Shown: in pieces, positions 7,906 to 16,731 of the stretch
Layout: every line of letters begins with the position of its first letter
How positions within the stretch are numbered: position 1 is the stretch's first letter
NCBI RefSeq assembly: GCF_029504745.1
Contig: NZ_JAQFIQ010000026.1
Coordinates: forward strand, 1,565-33,564
Direction of reading: 5' to 3'
Source of the DNA: Breznakia sp. PF5-3
GTDB taxonomy: Bacteria; Bacillota_I; Bacilli_A; Erysipelotrichales; Erysipelotrichaceae
Length of the DNA: 32,000 bases
The notes under the pieces: generated by a model
Told to the model about the DNA's origin: nothing
The model's input: the letters and a program-made list of their open reading frames with translations, nothing else
Database searches by the model: none
Made by a program: the position numbers and the translations under genes

Positions 7906-9153
7906 ATGAAAAAAAGCAAATTTACCAAATTAGAAAAATATTGGATTTTATACGATGTAGGAAACTCAGCTTTTATTATGCTCGTATCTACAATTATTCC
8001 TATATATTTCAACAGTTTAGCAGAAAGTGCAAATATCTCTGAAGTAGATTATTTAGCATATTGGGGATATGCAGTATCCTTATCCACTTTAATCATTGCA
8101 TTCATTGGTCCAATCTTAGGAACTATTTCGGACACCAAAGGATATCGTAAACCAATCTTCACCTTAAGTATGATGATTGGTGTCATCTGTTGTGCAGCTC
8201 TTTCTTTAGCGACTTCATGGATTATATTCCTTGCTATCTTTGTAATCGCAAAAGTTGGATATTCTGCAAGTCTTATTTTCTACGATTCCATGCTTTGCGA
8301 TATTACAACCCCAGAGCGAATGGATGAGGTTTCCTCACAAGGTTATGCTTGGGGATACATTGGAAGTTGTATACCATTTATCATCAGTTTGATGTTCGTC
8401 TTATTCTATGAAGATATCGGCATCTCACTTGCTATAGCAATGATGATTGCTTTCTTTCTAAATGCAGGATGGTGGTTACTTGTAACCATTCCACTGCTTA
8501 AAAACTACGAACAAAAACATTATATTGAACCAAAGAAATATCCTATCAAGGAAAGCTTTCAACGGTTTCGAAATGCAATCAAAGAAATTAAAGAACACAA
8601 AAAGATATTCTTATTCCTGCTCGCTTTCTTTTTCTACATCGATGGTGTTTACACAATCATTGAAATGGCTACTGCCTATGGAAGTGCTTTGGGATTAGAT
8701 ACACAAGGATTACTATTAGCATTGTTAGTAACACAACTGGTAGCTTTCCCCTTTGCAATTCTATTTGGAAGACTATCAAGAAAATATAAAACTGCATCCT
8801 TAATTAAATTCTGTATTATTGCATATGCTGGGATTGCTTTATTTGCAATTCAATTAGATCAACAATGGGAATTCTGGTTTCTTGCAATTTGTGTAGGTAT
8901 GTTTCAAGGAGCTGTACAAGCATTATCGAGATCATATTTCGCAAAGATTATCCCTCCTGAAAAAACAGGCGAATTCTTTGGTATTTTTGATATCTGTGGA
9001 AAAGGTGCATCCTTTATAGGAACAGCTTTAATGGGACTATTTGCTCAACTTACTAAGAATGTAAACAGTGGAGTCATCATCTTAGTCATCATGTTTATTA
9101 TCGGCTTCTTCATCTTTTCAAAAGCAGAACGAACTAGTGATGAAACAAAGTAA
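7906..9153 (+). CDS. MFS transporter, UMF1 (Atg22-like) family
   Basis: 415 aa with about 12 predicted TM segments. The N-terminus KLEKYWILYDVGNSAFIMLVSTIIPIYF is typical of the UMF1 family. AGGGGA RBS. Confidence 0.75.
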   Translation: MKKSKFTKLEKYWILYDVGNSAFIMLVSTIIPIYFNSLAESANISEVDYLAYWGYAVSLSTLIIAFIGPILGTISDTKGYRKPIFTLSMMIGVICCAALSLATSWIIFLAIFVIAKVGYSASLIFYDSMLCDITTPERMDEVSSQGYAWGYIGSCIPFIISLMFVLFYEDIGISLAIAMMIAFFLNAGWWLLVTIPLLKNYEQKHYIEPKKYPIKESFQRFRNAIKEIKEHKKIFLFLLAFFFYIDGVYTIIEMATAYGSALGLDTQGLLLALLVTQLVAFPFAILFGRLSRKYKTASLIKFCIIAYAGIALFAIQLDQQWEFWFLAICVGMFQGAVQALSRSYFAKIIPPEKTGEFFGIFDICGKGASFIGTALMGLFAQLTKNVNSGVIILVIMFIIGFFIFSKAERTSDETK

Positions 9154-9163
9154 AAAAATATAT

Positions 9164-9195
9164 AAAAAAAGAAGCAACTATATTTGCTTCTTTTC
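9164..9195. terminator. Bidirectional intrinsic terminator between the convergent MFS and phosphatase genes
   Basis: aaaaaaagaagcaa-ctatat-ttgcttctttt. Confidence 0.75.
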
Positions 9196-9927
9196 TTATC
9201 CTTGATCAATAAAACGATCTTTAATTTTTTGTAAAACTTGCTGTTCAATATTACAAGATAATAAGTATTGTTCAACATTCCCATAAGTCTTTTCAATATA
9301 ATCCAAACTTGGTTCCATATATTCTGGCAATGAATACATAAAGTGCATTTGATCTTTTTCAATCTCATCAAAAAGGTGACTTCCTTTTTTATATCGTAAA
9401 TTGGTAAAGGTTTGTTCATAGTTAGTAATAATATCTTGACGATCGACACCAACTAATCCAAGCAATAACATAGCTACAACACCTGTGCGATCTTTCCCAG
9501 CAGCACAGTGAAACAACATCACCCCATCTGGCATATCAGCAATTGTCTTCATGATAGTTTTTACTTGCTCTTTATGTTTCAACAAGCCAAGATAAAAACT
9601 TCCCATTGTAAAATCAACTTCTACACTATCCACTTCACTTACATCACCAATTCCTTGAATCATAAAAGGAACATGTTTATGAACAATGTCCTTATCCCCC
9701 ATAAGTGTATCTGGACGTTCCTTAATTTCTTTGTCACTTCTTAAATCAAGAATAGATGTAAGTCCATAAGCCTTTAAATACTTAACATCATAATCACTTA
9801 GTGCTGAGATATCATCGCTACGCAAAAAGCAATGCCATTTTGTTGATTGATTATCACGAATTGGATATCCCCCTAATTCACGAACATTTTTCGCATTCTC
9901 AAGTGGTAAACGTACTAAATTTTTCAT
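9196..9927 (-). CDS. Protein-tyrosine/Ser phosphatase (CX5R family)
   Basis: 243 aa with active-site loop HCAAGKDRTG. The N-terminal NxRDLGG-like motif (NVRELGGY) is typical of the bacterial Tyr-phosphatase family. Confidence 0.8.
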   Translation of the reverse strand: MKNLVRLPLENAKNVRELGGYPIRDNQSTKWHCFLRSDDISALSDYDVKYLKAYGLTSILDLRSDKEIKERPDTLMGDKDIVHKHVPFMIQGIGDVSEVDSVEVDFTMGSFYLGLLKHKEQVKTIMKTIADMPDGVMLFHCAAGKDRTGVVAMLLLGLVGVDRQDIITNYEQTFTNLRYKKGSHLFDEIEKDQMHFMYSLPEYMEPSLDYIEKTYGNVEQYLLSCNIEQQVLQKIKDRFIDQG

Positions 9928-10256
9928 CTTTTTCCCTCCAAAATCATTAGCTATATTCTATCATTGATATTCCTAAATATCTAATAATAAAGAAAAATAA
10001 TTCCTCTATAATATCATAAGTATGCTAATATTTTATATGAAAAAAATACATTTTTATCTTAAATCCAGTAAAATGTAGTGTTTATCTATGTTTTAGGCTC
10101 ATAATACATGCCATTTACTACTTTCTAGTAACAGACTTTATAAATAGCCCCCATACAGTGCTTCATATCTATTCTTTTTACTGATATAATTGAATAAATA
10201 TAAATTTGTAAATCAGTTTAAGAGAGAAACCGTAAAAATGATAAGGGGGAATAACC

Positions 10257-10676
10257 TTGAAAATGCCAGATAGAATTGAAGATATTATGCTCGCCCCCTG
10301 TGGCATGGATTGTGCCGTCTGCTATAAACATGTAGGCGTACGAAAATATGGGAAACCTTGCGAGGGATGTTTGAAAGGTGCTTTAGGAAAACCTGAACAT
10401 TGTCGCAAGTGCAATATCAAAAGTTGTGCACAGGAGAAGGGATATGTACATTGTTTTGAGTGTGCTGACTTCCCCTGTAAACTGATTAAAAATCTTGATA
10501 AGAGCTACCAAAAAAGATATAAAACAAGCCTTATTGAAAACAGTATCGTAGCTCATGAAAAGGGAATTGTCGGCTTTTTAGAACAAGACCGTCGAAAATG
10601 GACTTGTTTAAAATGTGGCGGAGCTTTCTCCCTCCACGATGGGGCTTGTAGTGAGTGTGGAAATACAGAACGCTAA
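10257..10676 (+). CDS. Cys-rich DUF3795-like protein
   Basis: 139 aa with many CxxC pairs (CGMDCAVC, CEGC, CRKCNIKSC, CFECADFPC, CLKCGG, CSEC). The start is ambiguous: TTG 10257 lies 8 nt after AAGGGGGA, and the alternative is ATG 10263. Noticeably GC-richer than its flanks. Confidence 0.6.
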   Translation: MKMPDRIEDIMLAPCGMDCAVCYKHVGVRKYGKPCEGCLKGALGKPEHCRKCNIKSCAQEKGYVHCFECADFPCKLIKNLDKSYQKRYKTSLIENSIVAHEKGIVGFLEQDRRKWTCLKCGGAFSLHDGACSECGNTER

Positions 10677-10694
10677 TCAACATTAAAAACAAAT

Positions 10695-10720
10695 GACTGA
10701 CAACTTCCAGTTTGTCAGTC
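10695..10720 (-). terminator. Hairpin gactgacaa-N8-ttgtcagtc with a U-rich tail on the minus strand (likely terminator of the GyrI-like/WYL unit)
   Basis: Perfect 9-bp stem. The minus strand continues atttgttttta. Confidence 0.45.
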
Positions 10721-10745
10721 AGTAAATATCAATTTAGTAATCAAT

Positions 10746-10782
10746 AGAACCCGACAATTAAACTGTCAGGTTCTGTTTTTTT
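10746..10782 (+). terminator. Intrinsic terminator of the DUF3795 gene
   Basis: agaacccgaca-attaaa-ctgtcaggttct (one mismatch) followed by gttttttt. Confidence 0.7.
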
Positions 10783-10942
10783 GATAGCAATCTTTCAGAT
10801 TGCCGAGAGGAATATTGGGCAGAGTTTGAATAATGTCCCTAATCATTATTTTTATCTAATGAAATTTAAAGTGATTTTATTACATCTGTTATAATTTTCA
10901 ATACATGTGGTTCGCCTGAACTGAGAATGTCACTGACTTCAC

Positions 10943-11323
10943 TTATTGAACAGAAATATGAATCGTAATCGAACCATCTTCACTATACTTTTCATAATCT
11001 GTTTGATAGGTACGTTTAGCTTCTAATTGGGAATCGTTCCAAATGGCTTGCCAGGCCTTATTGATATTTTGTATATCATTATTTTCTACTGGGACAACGA
11101 TGTATTTGGTTTCCTTTAACTGGATACTCTCTTTTAAATTAGCAGTCGTTGTACCGATTAATAAATCGTAATCCCCTAAATGATTGGATGCATAATTATA
11201 ATATACAGCGTACATATCTCCCTTTAATTGTAAGGGGAATATCGTTTTCCATAATTCCATAATCGCATCAATATCGTTGTTATTTGTTCTGATTTTCTTT
11301 CCTTTAATGATTGTTTCTTGCAT
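10943..11323 (-). CDS. GyrI-like / Cass2-type small-molecule (effector) binding domain protein
   Basis: 126 aa. The pattern MELWKTIFP...YAVYYNY...DYDLLIG...INKAWQAIWN...RTYQTDYEKY is typical of GyrI-like/AraC-E-bind domains. AAGGAGAAG RBS. Confidence 0.6.
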   Translation of the reverse strand: MQETIIKGKKIRTNNNDIDAIMELWKTIFPLQLKGDMYAVYYNYASNHLGDYDLLIGTTTANLKESIQLKETKYIVVPVENNDIQNINKAWQAIWNDSQLEAKRTYQTDYEKYSEDGSITIHISVQ

Positions 11324-11361
11324 TTGTCTTCTCCTTCTTAATTAGATATTTGGTATCTAAA

Positions 11362-11398
11362 ATAAGAATAACAGGATAATGTTGACAACAGTATGTCA
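11362..11398 (-). promoter_or_regulatory. Promoter/operator-like motif upstream of the GyrI-like gene (copy 1)
   Basis: Minus strand TGACAT-N13-TTATCCT-gt-TATTCTTAT. The same word set recurs at 12329..12359. Confidence 0.45.
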
Positions 11399-12304
11399 TC
11401 ATTGATAAAGAAGTTGCATATTTTCAATCATTTCTTTATGTTTTTCTTTTAACCAACTAGGCTGTATGACTGTTACATCCTTACTAAACATCAGTAAAAA
11501 GGGAATTACATTACCAGTTGATTGGTAGGGGAATGTAACAAGAACCTCCTTTTCTTGAATGGTCATTTGTTCGTCTAAAAAGAAGTCATATAGTTTTCCT
11601 AGAGCCTTTTTTTGAAAGGACAGTGTAATTTCTATTTGTTGGGAAGAAAAATTTGTACTTGTAGGAATGTTCCTTTTATCATAAGTTACTTTTATTATGT
11701 CAATTTCTCGTATTCTTGTTAGTTTAAAAAAGCGAATATCTTTACGTAATTCGCAAAAGGCTTCTACATACCAACTTCCATTTTCTAATTTTAATGCTAG
11801 TGGGCAGATAATCCTACTAGAGAATTCACCCTGTCCAGTAATATAGGTGATTTTCATTTTATACTGATTTTTGATAATTGTATGTATGTCTTCAAGCTTT
11901 TGATTTGTTTGTTCTTCAATTCGTGGATGATGCAATGTAACAGATGAAAAATTCATGGGTACTATCACTTCTTCCTTAGTACGAATCGATTGTAATTTTG
12001 TTTTTACAATCGTATCATTCTTTTGAAAGGACAACACTTGTTCTTGGAGGTTTAATGCTTCTATTATTTTTTGTTTTTCTTGTGTATTAAAAGTAAAACG
12101 ATGCATTTTAAAAGTGTCTATAAAGCCAAATCCACCATATTTACCAGGATACGAAATAATCGGGAAGCCAGCGAATTCTAATGTCTCGATATCTCGATAT
12201 ATCGTTCGTTTTGTCACTTCAAATTGTTTTGCTAAAGTGTTTGCGGAAACAATCTCTTTTTCTAATAATAGGATAATAATAGATAGTAATCTTTCAATTT
12301 TCAT
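11399..12304 (-). CDS. YafY-type transcriptional regulator (HTH plus WYL domain)
   Basis: 301 aa. N-terminal HTH_11 (MKIERLLSIIILLLEKEIVSANTLAKQFEVTKRTIYRDIETL), then a central WYL-like region (GSWYVEAFCELRKDIRFFKLTRI). Confidence 0.8.
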   Translation of the reverse strand: MKIERLLSIIILLLEKEIVSANTLAKQFEVTKRTIYRDIETLEFAGFPIISYPGKYGGFGFIDTFKMHRFTFNTQEKQKIIEALNLQEQVLSFQKNDTIVKTKLQSIRTKEEVIVPMNFSSVTLHHPRIEEQTNQKLEDIHTIIKNQYKMKITYITGQGEFSSRIICPLALKLENGSWYVEAFCELRKDIRFFKLTRIREIDIIKVTYDKRNIPTSTNFSSQQIEITLSFQKKALGKLYDFFLDEQMTIQEKEVLVTFPYQSTGNVIPFLLMFSKDVTVIQPSWLKEKHKEMIENMQLLYQ

Positions 12305-12328
12305 AGTTTGGCATCCTTTCTATTTGCT

Positions 12329-12359
12329 ATAAGAATAGGATAACAAACAAACGATGTCA
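12329..12359 (-). promoter_or_regulatory. Promoter/operator-like motif upstream of the WYL regulator gene (copy 2)
   Basis: Minus strand TTGACAT-N10-TTATCCT-ATTCTTAT, with TTGACA as -35 and TATTCT 17 nt downstream as a -10 candidate. Confidence 0.45.
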
Positions 12360-12371
12360 AATATATTTTTT

Positions 12372-12400
12372 TGAAAAAAAAGAAACTATTACTAGTTTCT
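12372..12400 (-). terminator. Intrinsic terminator of the ABC exporter operon
   Basis: agaaact-attact-agtttct abutting the permease stop. The A8 run on the plus strand gives a U-run on the minus strand. Confidence 0.7.
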
Positions 12401-13969
12401 TTAATCGCTTTGTAACTCACGACCATTCATCATGTTTTTACACAACAATATGATAATGAAAGAAATCACAAAATTTAAAACCAAAGACGAATATGACAAA
12501 ATTTGTAAGACAAACATATCATAATAGCCAAAATGGAAAATCAACAAGAAAGTTAATCCTATTCCTGGAGCTGCACAAAGCAAGATAATTAACATTCTCA
12601 TTAGGTTCACAAAGACTGCATTACTACGACTACGTAAAATTTTAATTGATAAAACAGTCGCACTGATAAATACCATAGAATATCCTAGCAGCATCACCAA
12701 ATATTGGAAAATTTCTGTTATCTCCATTGAAAAGTATAATCCTGATGCAATAATAGCAATACAGATAATAATTGACACTCTTAGTAACATTGGTAAAATC
12801 AAGGCAATCAATTTTGCCAATGGATTTGCTGGGATAAGATATACTTGGTAATTTTTCAATTCTTTTGATAAAGATGAATTTTGAAGACTAGTAAATAACC
12901 AAATAACCAACATATAGCAAAACATTGGAAATCCCAAGTCTGTAAACAAGGTAATTACAAAGTAAAAGATTAAAATAAAAATATCTTGTTTACTAATAAA
13001 CGCTCCTGATTTTCGCATCTGTAACATTTCTTTTGAGAATAATGCCCATGCACCTTTACGAAAAGTTCCTCTTACATTTTTCACTTTACGAGTATCCATT
13101 GTTTTATCTTGTTTACCTGCACGAACCTCTTTTACATAATCGGTAAGTTCTTGTGCATCCTCTAATGCTTGTTCTTTATAATCACCTTTAAAGCGAGTAA
13201 AAATTGCATACAAGATAGCAATTGCTAATAGCAGCAACCCAAATCCTAATCCTACAAATAGGTATTGTTGTTCAATATAAGAAATCAAGATCATTTTTAC
13301 CCATCCAAAGATTGGTACAAAATAAAATAAGTTTGATTCTGCAAATGACATTAATCCATTTTGAACATCAAATTGATTCTGTGCTAAATTAATGATAAAA
13401 ACCAACAGGATAATACCAATAAAAACACCTGCAATTATATAAGAACTCTTTTTATATTTTTCATTTGTTATACTCAACAAATACAAGTAATCTGAAAAAA
13501 CAAAGAAAAAGAAATACATTAAGAAATTTCCAATCCAAGTTAAAAATAAAAACATGATACTATAATCTAAATCTGTAACGAAAAATAACATCATAGCCAA
13601 TGATAATAATGACATAAGTATTGATTGCATAATGGTTTGTGACATTAGATATCGCATAATCTGTTTATCAGAAAAAGGCCCACTAAACAAATAGAATGCA
13701 TCATCTGCATAAAACAAAGCTTTTCGCTTTTGAAACAGAGTTGATAAAATGATAATCCCACTAAATCCAATGCTTATCAAAACCGCTGTGTGTAAATCTT
13801 TCATCGTCATGGTATTGATTGGTAATTTCGGTCCAATTAGTACCATCAATAATAACCCGCCATAGATTGCTACCATCACAAGAGTAGCAATTGTACTACT
13901 TGGTTTACGAAATAAATTACGAATGGTTCCCCATTGTTTATGGAACCATAATTTTTGTAAAGCATTCAT
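12401..13969 (-). CDS. Polytopic membrane protein, putative ABC exporter permease
   Basis: 522 aa, more than 10 hydrophobic segments with one charged cytoplasmic loop (KGDYKEQALEDAQELTDYVKEVRAGKQDK). It starts 3 nt after the ATPase stop, with a GAGGGGGAA RBS. Confidence 0.65.
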   Translation of the reverse strand: MNALQKLWFHKQWGTIRNLFRKPSSTIATLVMVAIYGGLLLMVLIGPKLPINTMTMKDLHTAVLISIGFSGIIILSTLFQKRKALFYADDAFYLFSGPFSDKQIMRYLMSQTIMQSILMSLLSLAMMLFFVTDLDYSIMFLFLTWIGNFLMYFFFFVFSDYLYLLSITNEKYKKSSYIIAGVFIGIILLVFIINLAQNQFDVQNGLMSFAESNLFYFVPIFGWVKMILISYIEQQYLFVGLGFGLLLLAIAILYAIFTRFKGDYKEQALEDAQELTDYVKEVRAGKQDKTMDTRKVKNVRGTFRKGAWALFSKEMLQMRKSGAFISKQDIFILIFYFVITLFTDLGFPMFCYMLVIWLFTSLQNSSLSKELKNYQVYLIPANPLAKLIALILPMLLRVSIIICIAIIASGLYFSMEITEIFQYLVMLLGYSMVFISATVLSIKILRSRSNAVFVNLMRMLIILLCAAPGIGLTFLLIFHFGYYDMFVLQILSYSSLVLNFVISFIIILLCKNMMNGRELQSD

Positions 13970-13972
13970 GAC

Positions 13973-14671
13973 TTATTCCCCCTCTACATCAGTATAAGCA
14001 AAGAATAAATCTTTTAATTTTTCTTCTTTAAGTTCCTCGCGTTTAACATACTTAGCGATTACTCCTTTATTCATAATATACGCTTCATCCCATATCTCAT
14101 CGATAACATCAATAATGTGCGTACTAATTAAGATTGCACAACCTTCCACTTTTAACTTTAAAAATAATTGTAGTGTTTCTTCAATACTTGCAGGATCCAA
14201 TCCTACCATCGGTTCATCCACCAACAATGCTTTTGGTTCAATAATAAGAGCTAACATCATACTTAATTTTTGACGCATCCCCTTACTTAATTCTTTCGCC
14301 ATTTTCTTACGCTTATCTTCCAAATCAAAAAGCGTAATATATTTATCTGCAAGTTCTTTATAATTTTCTACTTGATATGCACTACCAATAAAATCAATAT
14401 GCTCTTCAACACTTAACAGTTCATAAAGAACTGGTGTATCTGGAATATATCCAAAACATTTTTTTGCGTCTAATGAACTATTTTCATGTCCACAAATATT
14501 AATTTCCCCTTCATACTTTAAAAGATTCGCAATACTCTTGATGGTAGTCGATTTTCCAGCACCATTTGGTCCCAAAAGAATCGTAATTTTCCCTGGTTCT
14601 GCTTTTAGAGAAATATTGTCTACCGCTGTAAAAGATCCATATGCTTTTGTTAGATTTGCTACTTCAATCAT
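13973..14671 (-). CDS. ABC transporter ATP-binding protein
   Basis: 232 aa. Walker A GPNGAGKST, signature LSKGMRQKL, Walker B LLVDEPMVGLD, H-loop STHI. Confidence 0.9.
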   Translation of the reverse strand: MIEVANLTKAYGSFTAVDNISLKAEPGKITILLGPNGAGKSTTIKSIANLLKYEGEINICGHENSSLDAKKCFGYIPDTPVLYELLSVEEHIDFIGSAYQVENYKELADKYITLFDLEDKRKKMAKELSKGMRQKLSMMLALIIEPKALLVDEPMVGLDPASIEETLQLFLKLKVEGCAILISTHIIDVIDEIWDEAYIMNKGVIAKYVKREELKEEKLKDLFFAYTDVEGE

Positions 14672-14697
14672 GTATTTTCCCCCTTAATATAGTCCCC

Positions 14698-14726
14698 ATT
14701 ATACATGATAGAATTTATATATTCTA
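14698..14726 (-). promoter_or_regulatory. Promoter of the ABC operon with embedded inverted repeat TAGAAT-N6-ATTCTA
   Basis: Minus strand TAGAAT, 17 nt, TATAAT (-10 at 14703..14698). The inverted repeat at 14709..14726 covers the -35 box and the spacer. Confidence 0.45.
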
Positions 14727-14749
14727 GAGTATATATATAAATTTATATA

Positions 14750-14778
14750 CAAAAAGAATAGGATTATCTCCTATTCTT
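14750..14778 (-). terminator. Intrinsic terminator after the SDR/small-ORF unit
   Basis: agaatagga-ttatc-tcctattct overlapping the stop of the 66-aa ORF, with a U-run on the minus strand. Confidence 0.7.
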
Positions 14779-14964
14779 TTCAAACGCTTTTAATTCCTCT
14801 TCACTAATATACGTACTCATATCATGTTCATAAATAAGAATTTCAATTTGATCAATATCTAACTTTTTCAATTCTTCATATGAAAATCGATTATCTACTT
14901 TTAAGATTCTAGAAATCAAAATTTCTTGATATGCGATTATTCGTTCATCTTTTTTCTCACTCAT
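14764..14964 (-). CDS. Small acidic hypothetical protein (66 aa)
   Basis: ATG lies 2 nt after the SDR stop. It is the only ORF before the terminator. I recognise no motif. Confidence 0.4.
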   Translation of the reverse strand: MSEKKDERIIAYQEILISRILKVDNRFSYEELKKLDIDQIEILIYEHDMSTYISEEELKAFEKNRR

Positions 14965-14966
14965 AA

Positions 14967-15986
14967 TTACTCAGCCTTCATATCCAACACTTCTTTGTCT
15001 GGATGCTTCATAATATCCATACATACATCTACCGAATCTTGAATTGCTTTATGGATGTCATCCTCTTTTACACCCAATTGATCTTCTATAATCTTCTTAT
15101 CAATAAATGTATTTGTAGTCATCAATTTCACATATTCAACCATATCTAATCCCAATTCTTTATTTTCCTTATCCATTTGTGCTTTCATTTGCTTCATGTT
15201 TTCCAAATAAGGTTCCGTAGGGATTGTTACAACAGTTTTAGGATCATTCATATCCGCAGAGAACTCTTCTAACCATTGTTTCCAAGTCATATTATACCAA
15301 CCTACTGGATATGCTTTCGCACCTTTATTATTCTCTAAAGCACCTGCAATCGCTTCACCTACTTGACGGATCGTTACCATTGTTGTTCCACCAGTTGGAT
15401 AATATAGTTCTTTAGTTGGTGTATTCTTAATCATTTCCGCAATAAATAACCAAACTGGTTTTCTACCTTTTTGAGCACCAAATATATATGGTAATTCTAA
15501 TACAGCAACATCCATCACACCATCATCTGCATAAGCAAATGCAGCATTCTCTTGATCAATTCTAGAACGTATATAAGGATGATGCTTTGTTAGTTCTAAA
15601 TCTTTCCATTCCTTTGCAAAATAAGAAAAATAAGATCCCAATACAACCGTATGTTTTATACCTACTGCTTTTGCTATATCCAATAATCTTGTCAATGCAT
15701 CAATATTATATTTTTTAAACAAATCATAAATAGGTGGCTTCGCTTCGACACGTTCATCCACACCTGCCGCAAAAACAAAACCATCACAGTCTTTCATGAT
15801 ATTTTTTAATTCCGCATCTGACATTTGTAAATAATTTCCAAACTTTACTTCCATTCCATCAGGTAAATTCAAATCATCTTGTAGTGGTGGCAAAGCCAAA
15901 GATACAACTTTATGTCCTTGTTTTACAAGTTCCTTTGCCCCTTCCAATCCTAATAATCCAGTTCCTCCAATCATAAAAACTTTCAT
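14967..15986 (-). CDS. NAD(P)-dependent epimerase/dehydratase-type (extended/atypical SDR) protein
   Basis: 339 aa with N-terminal MKVFMIGGTGLLGLEGAKELVKQGHKV Rossmann motif. AAGGAGG RBS. Confidence 0.75.
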   Translation of the reverse strand: MKVFMIGGTGLLGLEGAKELVKQGHKVVSLALPPLQDDLNLPDGMEVKFGNYLQMSDAELKNIMKDCDGFVFAAGVDERVEAKPPIYDLFKKYNIDALTRLLDIAKAVGIKHTVVLGSYFSYFAKEWKDLELTKHHPYIRSRIDQENAAFAYADDGVMDVAVLELPYIFGAQKGRKPVWLFIAEMIKNTPTKELYYPTGGTTMVTIRQVGEAIAGALENNKGAKAYPVGWYNMTWKQWLEEFSADMNDPKTVVTIPTEPYLENMKQMKAQMDKENKELGLDMVEYVKLMTTNTFIDKKIIEDQLGVKEDDIHKAIQDSVDVCMDIMKHPDKEVLDMKAE

Positions 15987-16095
15987 ATAAATACCTCCTT
16001 TTACTATACGTTAATCATACCCCTTTTAAAATATTTCAACAACTCATTTACCTAATAAGAAAATGGCTTCTTTTAGTAATCTTTCCTAAATGATA

Positions 16096-16125
16096 TAAAA
16101 AAAGCTTAAATAATAATCTAAGCTT
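16096..16125 (-). terminator. Intrinsic terminator of the lipoprotein gene
   Basis: aagctta-N10-taagctt. The A-run on the plus strand gives a U-run on the minus strand. It overlaps the stop codon. Confidence 0.65.
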
Positions 16126-16577
16126 TATTTGCAAGTATAGCCACTACTTTCAATTGATTCTTTCATCGTTTTGAAACTAATGTATTGCTTTTTGTCATCA
16201 TCTTTTTTTAGATCATCTTCAGTGAGAAAGTTATTCTTGATAAGTTCATCAAAATCAGCTTTTTCATAATCTAAAGTTGTCGTTTCACTTAACTTTCCAT
16301 CTTTTACTTTATAAGTATATGTATAACCTTTTATTTCAGCTAATGATTCTGCAAATTCTTTAGCCAATTTTTCTGTTTCTTCATCACTCATTCCATAAGT
16401 ACTAAGATCTGTTTCCTGTGTTGCGGTAATACTTTTTAGTACATCATCATCATACTTTAATTCGACTTTATTATTACTATCTTTCATTGTACAAGTAAGT
16501 GTTTTTCCACTACTCCCGCTACAACCAACTAATGACACAAATAAAATACTTGCCATCAATACTTTTAACTTATTCAT
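16125..16577 (-). CDS. DUF1307/YehR-like lipoprotein
   Basis: Start moved to MNKLKVLMASILFVSLVGC (lipobox LVGC) with an AAAGGAGG RBS. The mature-part pattern (KVELKYDDDVLKS..., YTYKVKDGKLSETTTLDYEKADFDEL) resembles YehR-family lipoproteins. Confidence 0.65.
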   Translation of the reverse strand: MNKLKVLMASILFVSLVGCSGSSGKTLTCTMKDSNNKVELKYDDDVLKSITATQETDLSTYGMSDEETEKLAKEFAESLAEIKGYTYTYKVKDGKLSETTTLDYEKADFDELIKNNFLTEDDLKKDDDKKQYISFKTMKESIESSGYTCK

Positions 16578-16731
16578 AGGAACCTCCTTTTCTAATCTTA
16601 TCCTTGAAAACACAATTAGTCAACTGAACATTGTGTGAATAAAGCGTTCGTTATACTTTACTTATTATTCAATTTACGGTATTATATTATAAGTTATATA
16701 AAGCTAACTTTATGTGCAAGGAGGTATCTAT

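Noticed and set aside
9045-9452. 135-aa minus-strand ORF spanning the MFS 3' end, the terminator and the phosphatase gene in another frame
   Set aside because: It crosses a bidirectional terminator and overlaps two strongly supported genes. Its composition is K/L/I/F-rich, so it is spurious.
9928-12400. Possible mobile element or genomic island carrying the DUF3795, GyrI-like and WYL genes
   Set aside because: I could find no integrase, transposase, flanking direct repeats or tRNA target. Only the compositional shift of the DUF3795 gene remains, and it is reported separately.
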